Made by a program: the position numbers and the translations under genes. 64,000 nt of DNA, from the NCBI GenBank assembly GCA_963745075.1, contig CAVUWV010000008.1, positions 32,001 through 96,000 of the forward strand, written 5' to 3'. Shown in pieces: positions 38,315-48,100 of the stretch (position 1 is the first letter of the stretch; every line of letters begins with the position of its first letter). Below the pieces are notes generated by a model. That model was not told where the DNA came from. It did no database searches and saw only the letters and a program-made list of their open reading frames with translations. The stretch is from Candidatus Hydrogenedentota bacterium (GTDB lineage: Bacteria > Hydrogenedentota > Hydrogenedentia > Hydrogenedentales > SLHB01).

Positions 38315-39235
38315 ATGCATCGCAAAGGATTTACGTTAATTGAACTGCTGGTGGTCATCGCCATCATCGGTATTTTGGCGGCCATTTTGTTGCCGGCCTT
38401 GGCCCGCGCGCGGGAAGCGGCACGGCGGAGCGCCTGTCAAAACAACCTGAAGCAGATGGGGCTGGTGTTCAAGATGTACGCCGGCGAAAGTGCGAGCGCG
38501 AAATTTCCCCCGATCCGCTCGACTTACTGCAACGGTGACCCGGTCTTGTTCGACCAGATGATGAACGTGGCGACGGTCTACCCGGAGTATCTCACGGACT
38601 TCAATGTGCTGATCTGCCCGAGCACGCTCGAAAACGGAAACGCGCTCGAACTCTGGGATCAGCGTCCCAACAACAGTCCCGTCGGCATGGCGGACTATAT
38701 GGAGATGTCGCCGGAGGGCGCCGTCCTCACAGGTGACGGCCGAGTCGAGCCGTGTGAAGTCACCGGCGCGGTGCCGTACTCCTACCTCGGTTGGGCCTTG
38801 TCGGAAGACATGATGGATCTCGTGTCCACCATGCCGCTGATGACGGACATCAATGACCACGCCGCGGACTGGGACCTGAGCACGGACGATGCCATCGAGG
38901 CCGCGGACAGCGACTGGGAGTTTTCGATGCCTATCAATGGGTACGACGTCGCGCTGCGATTGCGGGAAGGCGTGGAACGGTTCTTTATCACGGACATCAA
39001 CAACCCGGCGGGTAGCGCGGTCGGCCAGTCGGAACTCCCCGTCATGTGGGACGCCATCGCCATGGGCGCGGCCATGTTCAACCACGTCCCCGGTGGCGCG
39101 AACGTCTTGTATCTGGACGGCCACGTGGAGTACCAGGGCTGGAATGGCGGCGAAGGTCGGTTCCCCCTGAACCAGGCCGGCCTGCAATTCCACCGCTCGA
39201 ACCACATGCTCAACGGGACTTCGATGGGTATGTAG
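38315..39235 (+). CDS. DUF1559 prepilin-type (type IV pilin-like) protein with H-X9-DG C-terminus, Met-rich
   Basis: [15 protein letters not shown] cleavage-methylation motif; [32 protein letters not shown]; 19 Met in 306 aa. Confidence 0.92.
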   Translation: MHRKGFTLIELLVVIAIIGILAAILLPALARAREAARRSACQNNLKQMGLVFKMYAGESASAKFPPIRSTYCNGDPVLFDQMMNVATVYPEYLTDFNVLICPSTLENGNALELWDQRPNNSPVGMADYMEMSPEGAVLTGDGRVEPCEVTGAVPYSYLGWALSEDMMDLVSTMPLMTDINDHAADWDLSTDDAIEAADSDWEFSMPINGYDVALRLREGVERFFITDINNPAGSAVGQSELPVMWDAIAMGAAMFNHVPGGANVLYLDGHVEYQGWNGGEGRFPLNQAGLQFHRSNHMLNGTSMGM

Positions 39236-39242
39236 GAATACC

Positions 39243-39300
39243 CTGGGGGAACCTTTTCTCGGCAGAAAAGGTTCCCCCAGACCCCTTCCAAAAGACTTTT
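39243..39300. terminator. 17-bp perfect hairpin between convergent genes (terminator or REP-like)
   Basis: CTGGGGGAACCTTTTCT-cggc-AGAAAAGGTTCCCCCAG. Confidence 0.65.
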
Positions 39301-39333
39301 ACGTTCGCTTCTCGCAAATGATGCGGCGGGAGA

Positions 39334-41229
39334 TCAGGGTAGTAGCATTAGGATCGCGGGTTTGTCGGGCAGCGGCTGATCGAATCCGCCTTGTACGTAG
39401 ATCGCGAAATCAAATCCCAGAGCTTTCCAGGCCGCGACGTATTCGGAGCTTTGGTCGACCGAGTTTGGCTTGTCTCGATGCAATCGCGCGTCAACCGCAC
39501 CGTCCGGAGCCCGGACAATTTCCCACCAAGTCGGGCCCGAATGGATGCCGTTAGTGGCGAGTGGCGCAGGGCGGGCATCGTGCGTCAACCAAAAGACGTT
39601 TGGGATACCGGCTTTCATTCGGTCCAAATCAACGACGGTGCAAGTGCCGAGATTGGTCCCAAAACGAATCGCTGCGACAACCGGCAGTTTCTGATTCGGG
39701 AGAGAATTGGGCTCAATATGCAAACCCCAGTTCTTCAGGAGGTTCCAGATACGATCTGGCCGTAAAGACGAATTCTCGATCAGATGTTGGTCGCACCCCA
39801 ACACGGTGGACATTATCAGCAGAAGAGGAAGTTCTCTATCAGGCATCCCTGCATTGTCGCGCAGTACCCTGGCCTTTTGGGTGAGCAGTGCCAGCGCCGA
39901 GGCCTCCTTTCCCGCAGCGATGAGCGCCAATTCGTACGCATATTCCTGGTCCGGATTCGGCACGGTCGAACAATAGTCGCGAAGACGTACGAGATATGCG
40001 TCAAGCTCAGACTCGGACGGCGGCGGCAATACCGGCCACCCTTTCCGAAAGACATGGAGTCCCAGTCGGAAGTCTTCCGCCGACTCGTAAGGGAATCCGA
40101 ACTCGAGCGCGAGACGCGCGCTCCAGAGTCTAGTCCGCCGTTCCTCATGCCAAGAGCGTACAAGTGACAACCGTTTCCACGCGCGGTCGAGGCGATTCGC
40201 TTGCACATCCTTCCGCAGTTGGACTTCATAGTTGCGAGGGTCGTCCGCATTCGCGGGATACACGCGCAGGAGATTGAGTCCGAGCAGCGCGATGGCGGGT
40301 AAAATGCAGATCGTTGCTGGCAGCGTTCGGTATTCTGGTATGTGCGAATTGTCCCCGCGTCCTGCCAATAGTGCGAGGACGATGAGAATCTCTGGGAACG
40401 ACAATTGCTCGGCCAAGAGCAGCAAGCCCACGAAGGCCACACTTACGAAGAACACCCCGGTCCGAACGCCTCGTTCGCGTTCGCGCCGCGAAACGGCAAT
40501 GCGTGCTGTCGTACGCGCCGCCAGCCATAGCAGAATCAGCAAGAATGCCGCGTGTATCACTCCCGGTGCGTGCAACTCCGGCAACGTGATCCACCAGTGC
40601 TTTGCCCCGATGCCAAGCGCCACGACAAACAGCGGTACCACAAATGCGCCGATGACCGGCACCGCGACGGTCCGGGGTACGCGTGGTTCTCCGAGCCAAC
40701 CGGCAAACACAACAAACAGGCATACGATCAACGTGAGCGCGTACTCCCAGAACGCCTCCGATGACGCAATCATGGGCGCGACGACAATGCCGGGCGGTGC
40801 AAAGTAAAGAAACGATTGGTACGGCAAGGCGTTGATCGCCGAAATAAAAAAATTCACCGCAGCCAGACCGACGAGAATCGTACCGGCCGTCGCCGTGGTG
40901 CGCAGGCATGAGGTCACGAATCGCTCGCCCCGGGCGAACTGCACGACGGCCACAAACAGCCCTAAGCCGATGGAATACTGAAGGGGGTGCTCGATCTGCG
41001 GATCGAACCAGACGAGGACAATCGCAACCGTTACCGGCCACACCAACTCGAAGGGCGGGCGGTGGTCGCGGTGTTGGATGGCGTCGATAAGGGCGAGGAC
41101 CACGACCACGGCGCCGGCGGCCGGCAGCAGCGTGACATCCAGAACCGGGATATACACTATCGCGCCGAAGGGCCAGGCAAAGGCCAGCATGAGGATCAGC
41201 GCGCGCGCGATGCTGGGGATCTCGCGCAT
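39334..41229 (-). CDS. Polytopic membrane protein, possibly a divergent O-antigen ligase/polymerase-like, with soluble C-terminal domain
   Basis: About 11 hydrophobic segments followed by a helical domain; next to GT4 and flippase genes. Start at ATG 41229. Confidence 0.55.
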   Translation of the reverse strand: MREIPSIARALILMLAFAWPFGAIVYIPVLDVTLLPAAGAVVVVLALIDAIQHRDHRPPFELVWPVTVAIVLVWFDPQIEHPLQYSIGLGLFVAVVQFARGERFVTSCLRTTATAGTILVGLAAVNFFISAINALPYQSFLYFAPPGIVVAPMIASSEAFWEYALTLIVCLFVVFAGWLGEPRVPRTVAVPVIGAFVVPLFVVALGIGAKHWWITLPELHAPGVIHAAFLLILLWLAARTTARIAVSRRERERGVRTGVFFVSVAFVGLLLLAEQLSFPEILIVLALLAGRGDNSHIPEYRTLPATICILPAIALLGLNLLRVYPANADDPRNYEVQLRKDVQANRLDRAWKRLSLVRSWHEERRTRLWSARLALEFGFPYESAEDFRLGLHVFRKGWPVLPPPSESELDAYLVRLRDYCSTVPNPDQEYAYELALIAAGKEASALALLTQKARVLRDNAGMPDRELPLLLIMSTVLGCDQHLIENSSLRPDRIWNLLKNWGLHIEPNSLPNQKLPVVAAIRFGTNLGTCTVVDLDRMKAGIPNVFWLTHDARPAPLATNGIHSGPTWWEIVRAPDGAVDARLHRDKPNSVDQSSEYVAAWKALGFDFAIYVQGGFDQPLPDKPAILMLLP

Positions 41230-41396
41230 CACTCGACCGGCTCCGCAATGGCCGGTTTTGGCGCCGGGGCGGGCGTCGCCGGGCGGCTCGCCCAGACGAG
41301 GAGCCCGTACAACACGGCGACGACGATCAGCAGCACGGCGGCCAGCTTCACCGCCAGGCGGCGTTCCGCGCGCGCCCGTTCGATGGCGTCCATCAT
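41229..41396 (-). CDS. 55-aa single-TM protein (not in ORF track)
   Basis: MMDAIERARAERRLAVKLAAVLLIVVAVLYGLLVWASRPATPAPAPKPAIAEPVE*; GGAG RBS; TGATG overlap with the next gene. Confidence 0.7.
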   Translation of the reverse strand: MMDAIERARAERRLAVKLAAVLLIVVAVLYGLLVWASRPATPAPAPKPAIAEPVE

Positions 41397-41480
41397 GGTC
41401 GATTCTCACTCCGCAGTTGGTCGGGTATGAGGCTACCGCTGTGGATGGGCGGAAGTAAACCTCGATGGGTGTGGGGATGA

Positions 41481-41530
41481 ACACGGACCTACACGGACAA
41501 GCACGGACTGGTACGGCCGACACGGACCAA
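41481..41530. repeat. About 10-bp-period CACGGAC tandem repeat
   Basis: acacggacctacacggacaagcacggactggtacggccgacacggacc. Confidence 0.65.
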
Positions 41531-41605
41531 CGCCAACGACGAGTGGGTATAGGCGGACATGGTCATGGTTTCTCGGTGCAGGTACGCGGCATACTATCGG
41601 GCATC

Positions 41606-42778
41606 ATGGGTGGTTCCGCCGAAACAAAGCCGCGAGTTCTGCTGCTGCACAACTTCTTGTCACCGTACCGTATCCCCTTGTTTGCGGAACTCGCGACGCG
41701 GTTCGAGTTGGAGGTCTGGATTCTCGGCGACGTTCGTTCTGTCCGGGACTGGCCGGCGGAGGCCAAGGATGCGGGGTTTCGGTATCGCGTCCTGCCGCAC
41801 GTGACGATTCCCTTGGGCAGCCGGTATAACGTCATCCTGATCAACTACACGCTGCCCGTCGCCTTGGCGCGGCACCACCACGATGCCATCATCTGTTGCG
41901 CGTGGGATACGCCGGCGACCTTCTACACCTCGTACCACGCGACGCTGACGGGTACGCCGTTCATCCTGTGGAGCGGCAGCACGGCGGCGGAGGATTCGCG
42001 ACTGCGACGGATGACGGCGCCGCTGGTGCGGGGACTGGTGCGTCGCGCAAATGCGTGGCTCGCTTACGGCACCCGTGCGAAGGAGTACCTCGCGTCGCTG
42101 GGCGCGGATCCGGACCGGACATTCCTCGCGTACAACACGGTGGAGACCACGGACTTCGCGGCGCGGAGCGGCATAAGCTCTGAAGAGCGCGAGGCGTCGC
42201 GGGAGCGGTTGGGAATTCAAACGCAACACGTGCTTCTCTATTGTGGGAATCTGCTCGACTTGAAGGGCGTGGGAGACCTGCTCGAAGCCTTCGCCGCATT
42301 CGCCCCCGATGCGCCGGACCTTACGCTGCTGTTGGTCGGAAGCGGTCGCGACGAAGCGCGGTACCGTGCGTTTGTGGCGACCGGAGGGTTGTCGGATCGC
42401 GTTGTCTTCGCCGGGTTTGCACCGCGCGACGAAATGCCCCGATACTATGCCCTCGGCGACGTGCTCGTCCTACCGTCGCGCAGCGAGATTTGGGGCCTGG
42501 TAATTAACGAAGCGCTGGCCTGCGGGGTGCCGGTCATCGCCACGGACGTGTGCGGGGCGACAGCGGATCTCATCGAGGAAGGAGTCAACGGAATCATCGT
42601 GCCGGCACGCAATCCCAATGCCCTCTCCCAGGCCTTCGCGCGCTACTTTGCGCCGGAAACGGACCGGGCGGTCATGGCCGAACGCGCCCGCCAATCCATC
42701 GAATCCTTCTCCATCGCCCGCACGGCCGACGCCTTTGTCGACGCCGTGTCGGCCGCCCGCGAGCGTACGCAAGCGTGA
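41606..42778 (+). CDS. GT4 glycosyltransferase
   Basis: SPYRIPLF, KGVGDLLEAF, VLPSRSEIWGLVINEALACGVPVI. Confidence 0.92.
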   Translation: MGGSAETKPRVLLLHNFLSPYRIPLFAELATRFELEVWILGDVRSVRDWPAEAKDAGFRYRVLPHVTIPLGSRYNVILINYTLPVALARHHHDAIICCAWDTPATFYTSYHATLTGTPFILWSGSTAAEDSRLRRMTAPLVRGLVRRANAWLAYGTRAKEYLASLGADPDRTFLAYNTVETTDFAARSGISSEEREASRERLGIQTQHVLLYCGNLLDLKGVGDLLEAFAAFAPDAPDLTLLLVGSGRDEARYRAFVATGGLSDRVVFAGFAPRDEMPRYYALGDVLVLPSRSEIWGLVINEALACGVPVIATDVCGATADLIEEGVNGIIVPARNPNALSQAFARYFAPETDRAVMAERARQSIESFSIARTADAFVDAVSAARERTQA

Positions 42779-44277
42779 GCTACGGTAGACAGTACGCCTG
42801 GCACACGGCCATCACGGTGGCGACCACCGTGTTGTCCGGCGCCCTGTTCTATGTCCTGCGCATCGTCTTCTACAAGAACCTGACCGCCGAGGAGTATGGA
42901 CTGTTCTTTTCCGTCTACTCGTTTGCCATGGTGATTCAACCGGCCCTCAGTTTTGGGTTTGACCCTGGACTGGTACCGCAAATCACCCAATACCGGGAGG
43001 AAAAGAATCCGGCCGCCATCAAGAACGTCATCAGCGGCGCGCTGATCGTTCAGTTAACGTTTGCCGGGGGTTGCGCGCTCCTGGCCATCGCGGCAGCGCC
43101 CTTTGTCGGACGCCAGTTTCCGGATTATCCGGCACTCCCTTTCTTGATCGGTGTCTTGGCCCTTCACGCGCTTGGCATCATCGTCTATAAGGCCGGGCAG
43201 CAGTTCTTTCTCGGGATGCAGGCCTTGGTGTGGCGCAATACCGTCGATGCGGTCCGTTCCATCGTGTGCGTGTCTGCAGCGGTGTTGCTGGTTGGGGGTC
43301 GTTTCGGCCTGAAAGGCGCCGCGCTGGCGTACTTGATTGCGGTGCTGGCTGCCGCGCTGACCCAGGCGACGGGGCTCTTCGCGGGGTTCTCGGAAATCGC
43401 CCGTGCCCCGTTTCAGTGGCGGCGCGACCTGGTCGATACCGCGTTTAGCGCGGGCAAATACCTGTCGCTGGCTTTTGGTGGGATCGCGGTCTTTTCCTCC
43501 CTCGACACGACGATGATTACGGTCGTTCGCGGAGACTTGCGCGAAGTCGCGGCCTACCAGATTGCGCTGCCCACGGTGATGATTATATATAGCCTGATGA
43601 CGGCGGCCGGGCTCACCTTCATGCCCATGGCCCGCATGCTCTGGCTGCGCGAAGAGCGGGAACTGTTGGCGGACGGCATCTCCCGAATCTATGAGGCTGC
43701 GTGTGCCCTGGTGATTCCTGCCGGGGTCCTGATGGCCGCTTTCTCCGACGTACTCATGCACCTGCTCTTCGGCAAGGACATACTCAACGCGCCGGAAGCA
43801 TTCAACGTGCTGGCCGTCGCCGGGGTCTTCTATTTCCTGGGGTATCTGAACCTGCATATTCTAGCCGGAATAGGCCGGGCACGGGCCGCGGCGGCGGTCA
43901 TCGCCATCGCGTTGGCCCTGGACCTCGTGCTCGATCCCGTGCTGATTCACTTCCTGGGTATTCGAGGCGCCGCGATGGCGAGTTTTATAGGCTATTCCAC
44001 CGCAACCATTTTGGGGTTCCGAGCGATTCGGGCGGAGATTCCGGTTGTACTTCCCATAAAGACGGCGGTTGTGGCTACGGTTCTGTCCGGCGGGGCGTGG
44101 TTGGGTTGTCACCTTTTCCGGTCGACGCGCGTCTTTACAGAGCATGGGACTGTATCCGCCGCGGTGGCGAGCGGGGCGAGCTTTGTGTGTGTTGTCCTGA
44201 TACTGGAGCTGTCGGGATGTGCGCGGCTGCATGAACTGGCCCGGGTGGTGGCGCCCAGGCGGCGGCTCGGCGATTAG
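42775..44277 (+). CDS. Wzx-type polysaccharide flippase
   Basis: LTAEEYGLF, LDTTMI...EVAAYQIA, LGIRGAAMA; many TM helices; GTGA overlap with the GT4 gene. Confidence 0.88.
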   Translation: MSYGRQYAWHTAITVATTVLSGALFYVLRIVFYKNLTAEEYGLFFSVYSFAMVIQPALSFGFDPGLVPQITQYREEKNPAAIKNVISGALIVQLTFAGGCALLAIAAAPFVGRQFPDYPALPFLIGVLALHALGIIVYKAGQQFFLGMQALVWRNTVDAVRSIVCVSAAVLLVGGRFGLKGAALAYLIAVLAAALTQATGLFAGFSEIARAPFQWRRDLVDTAFSAGKYLSLAFGGIAVFSSLDTTMITVVRGDLREVAAYQIALPTVMIIYSLMTAAGLTFMPMARMLWLREERELLADGISRIYEAACALVIPAGVLMAAFSDVLMHLLFGKDILNAPEAFNVLAVAGVFYFLGYLNLHILAGIGRARAAAAVIAIALALDLVLDPVLIHFLGIRGAAMASFIGYSTATILGFRAIRAEIPVVLPIKTAVVATVLSGGAWLGCHLFRSTRVFTEHGTVSAAVASGASFVCVVLILELSGCARLHELARVVAPRRRLGD

Positions 44278-44325
44278 ATTTCGCATCATTGATCGTTTTC
44301 GCATAATTGTGCTATGTATAATGCA

Positions 44326-44363
44326 ACTATTGCTTGACAGCCTACGAGGAGCAATAGTATTGT
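44326..44363 (+). promoter_or_regulatory. Sigma70-like promoter with overlapping 9-bp inverted repeat
   Basis: TTGACA at 44334-39 and TATTGT 18 bp downstream; ACTATTGCT-N15-AGCAATAGT. Confidence 0.45.
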
Positions 44364-44587
44364 GGGGAATGGAACTATAGGAAGCAGGGGTAGGCATTCC
44401 ACAGAGTATGGTTCGTTCAGAATAGCGCAAGTAACAGAATCCCGGGGATAGGTGTGCCGCGCGGTCTTGTCTCCGATAGCGAATGACATTTAATCAAGTG
44501 GATTAGTTCGTACAGGAGCGGGTTTCCCAGGCCATTCCCGAGCGGCCGCCGTGGGGAAACGGGCAACGACCATGGAGTGATTGCGCA

Positions 44588-47500
44588 ATGGGTAAGTTGG
44601 GGGTCTCTAAGGCATTCTTAATCGTCACGCTGGTGACTTGTGGCGTTGCCATGACCGCCTGGGGCCAGAGTCGCGGACCGCGACGCAATCCATCGGCTTT
44701 TGGGGACGCTCGAAGGGCCGAACGCGGTTGACGCGCCACGGCAATCGACCACGGACGGGGGCTTACCTGAAGTATATCGGGGCACCCGCGGGCGACGCAT
44801 TTGATATTGGCGCGACGGCGAAAAGTATCACTTCCGCGGATGGGGCCGCGAAATCGTTCGTGCTGGACCACGCGGGCGCATTCGGCGTGGCCAGTCCAAA
44901 ACTGAACTACGGCACCAGCCGCATCTCGACGGGCCTCGGTCGCACCTACGTACACCTGCAACAGACCTATGATGGATTGCCGGTGTTCGGCAGCGGCGTC
45001 ACCGTGCAAATGAACGGTGAAGGAAACGTGGAATGCGTGATGAGTGACATCATGCGGTATTCCGACGGCCTGTACAGCGGTTCGCTGGAATTGATCCCGG
45101 ATCTCTCGCCTGGGGAAGCGAAGGTCGCGGCAATCGCTGCGCTTCAGGCGGACTATCCCGACCTTACGTTCAGCGCGACCGATCCGGAATTGAAGATCTA
45201 CGAACCGGACGTCATCGGCGACGTAGGCACGACCAAGCTGGTATGGGATCTGGTGGTAAAAAGCGCTTACGACACTTCAGAAGAAGAGCCGGTTAAGGAA
45301 CAGATGCTCGTTGACGCACACGGTGGCGGGATCGTGCTGCATTACACGCTAATTGAAGGTGCCAAGTCTCGCCAAGTCTATGACGCCGAAAATACACCCG
45401 CCGACCCCGGAATCCTGAAACGCGTCGAAGGCGGTCCCGTTTCTGATATAGCGGACGTGAACGTGGTCTATGAATACGCTGGGGACACCTACGACTTTTA
45501 TTTGGACCAGCATAATCGAGATAGTCTCAACAATGCAGGGCTAACAATCCAAGCGGTTGTACGGTACTGCGACTCGCTCCTTTTTTGTCCTATGTATAAC
45601 GCTTTCTGGGACGGTTTACGGGTTCATTTTGGAGACAGCTATACCGCCGATGACGTGGTCGCCCACGAACTTACCCACGGCGTGACTCAATACGAGTCGG
45701 ACCTCATTTACTATTCCGAATCGGGAGCCATTAATGAGTCCTTCTCGGATATTTGGGGTGAATTCGTCGATCTTACGAACGGTGCGGGTGACGATTCGGC
45801 GGGCGTGCGATGGTTGCATGGGGAAGACTTGCCCGGCGGGGCCAATCGCAACATGAAAAATCCCCCCGCAAAGGGCGATCCGGAAAGATACCTGGGTACG
45901 TTCTGGTATTTCGGCATTGAGGATAACGCAGGTGTTCATATCAATTCCGGGGTCGGCAACAAGTTGTGCTATCTGCTGACGGACGGCGATACGTTCAATG
46001 GCTTTACCGTGGGCGGCATGACGCTTCCGGTGGTGGCGGATCTGTTCTACGAGTGCCAAACGAACCTGTTGAACGCCGGCAGCGATTATCCGGATTTGGC
46101 AAACGCGCTCCTTCAAGCGGGCGTGAATCTGGGGTTGTCCAGCACGGACATCGAGAACATTGCGAACGCGCTCTATGCGACGGAGATCATTACGGAACGT
46201 GGTCCCTTCCTACGGGATTTCCGGGCCACCGGAATGAGTCAATCCGGGCAGGTTGCCCTTACGTGGCAGAATCCGGAAGGACCCACCGACTTCACGGGCG
46301 TCGATCTGGTGCGTCGAACGGACCGCTTCCCCGACCCGGCCGTTCCGCTGGACGGCACCGTCGTCCATAGCATCACGGGCGGCGAAGAGAGTTACGTGGA
46401 CGGATCCTTCACAGCGGGTACGCAGTTGTTCTACGCGTTGTACCCGCGCGCGGGTTCGTTCCCCAAAAACGAAGTTCAGCTTGCCCGCGTCATCGTGGGA
46501 CAGGATGTGGACTTCCTGAGCGAATCGTTTACGAACGGCACCGATCTCTCAGGCCATCAAATCACCTTTGTTCCGGTGGCCAACCTCGAGGAGGCCGCCA
46601 ATTCGGGTGCGCCGGATTCCTACGTGAACCACACGAACTACACAGCCAGTGTGAGCGACGGATCGGGCGCCAAGGTCGCGCCACAGTTTGATGGAACCCT
46701 GCCGGTTAAGCAAGAGAACATCTTCACGATTCCGCTCTCCGACGAGGGTTCGATTACGCTGTATCCTGCGGTGCCGTTCCCATTCTTTGGTGAGTTTTAC
46801 AACAAGCTGTACCTGTCGGCGAACGGTTTCCTTTCGCCGGCGGCGCCGAACATCTATACCGATCCTCTGGACGCGGTGCCATCTCTGGAGAACCACTTCG
46901 CGAAGCGAAGGATATCGTTCCTGTTCGGCGATTTGGACCCGGGTAGTGGCGGCTTGATATGGGGTCGTTCGTTGGACGATCGGCTCGTTATCACCTTCGA
47001 GGATGTGCCCTCGTTCTCCGACGTTGCGGTGCCGGGCACTTTGTCGAAGAACACCGTTCAAATCGAATTGTTCTACAGCGGGGAAATCCGGTGCACCTAC
47101 CTCGACCTGAGCGTGAAGCGGGCGGTGGTTGGATTGTCGGACGGGCGCGGCGTGCCGCTGGATCCCGCGGACATCATCGGAAACAATCTCCCGGCCAATG
47201 TAGTGGAAACGGACTTCACGGGTATGACGAGTCCGGTGGACCTGGAATTGCTGCCAATTTCGATCCAATTTGGGACGATTGGGACTACGCTGGGATTTAC
47301 GGCGGAGGCCGTGTCGAATATCGGTCCGGTCACGTATTCATTGAGCGGACCACCTGTCGGCGCGCAAATTGACCCATCAACGGGCGAGTTTACGTGGGAT
47401 ACGACCGGCTACAGTCCCGCGGTCTACAGTTTCCTCGTATGCGCGACGGCGAATGCCGTCGACGCCTGCCAGGTGGTGAATGTGCTCCTGTCGGATTCGT

Positions 47501-47994
47501 TCGAGAAACCGATTGCGAGCAACGTGGTTGTCACACCAGCCGAGCCGCGTTCGTCCGATCCGCTGTCGTTGACCTATAGCTTCTCACATCCGTCGGCGCC
47601 GGAAGGTTCGACGGTGATCTTGTGGTTCCGGAACAATACGGTGATCCCGGCGTTTAACAATATGACGACGGTGTATCCGGCGGCAACGTCCGTGGGCGAG
47701 TCCTGGTACGCCATAATACTTCCGACCACCGCCAGGATTGGGTACGATTACTATGGAACGGCGATCTATCTGCGTGGCGATCCGACCCAGTCCAATATCG
47801 TCACCATCCAGCCCGACTTGAAGACCGACGCCAACAAGGACGGCCAAGTGAACAGCGCCGACTTGCAGGTCGTGGTCGGATCGGTATTAGGCATCCAGCC
47901 CCAAGGAATCGACGGCGACGTGAACAGCGATGGCAGCACGGACGTATCCGACGTGCAGGTTATCGTGAACACGATCCTGAAGGGCGGCAACTGA
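44588..47994 (+). CDS. Secreted M4 (thermolysin-like) metalloprotease with C-terminal accessory, Ig-like and dockerin-like domains; 5' end apparently frameshifted
   Basis: FTP/PepSY propeptide (QQTYDGLPVFG); NAFW, HELTH, GAINESFSD, GVHINSG; dockerin DANKDGQVNSADLQ / DVNSDGSTDVSDVQ. Signal peptide from ATG 44588 is in another frame. Confidence 0.88.
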
Positions 47995-48014
47995 CGCCTA
48001 ACGCATAAGCGAAG

Positions 48015-48053
48015 AAAAAGCCCCTCACACGGGATCGCGTGAGGGGCTTTTTT
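48015..48053. terminator. Bidirectional intrinsic terminator
   Basis: AAAAAGCCCCTCAC...GTGAGGGGCTTTTTT between convergent genes. Confidence 0.85.
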
Positions 48054-48100
48054 GATCGGACCGATCGGCCGGATCAGTCCGAACCGTCCGATCGAATGTC

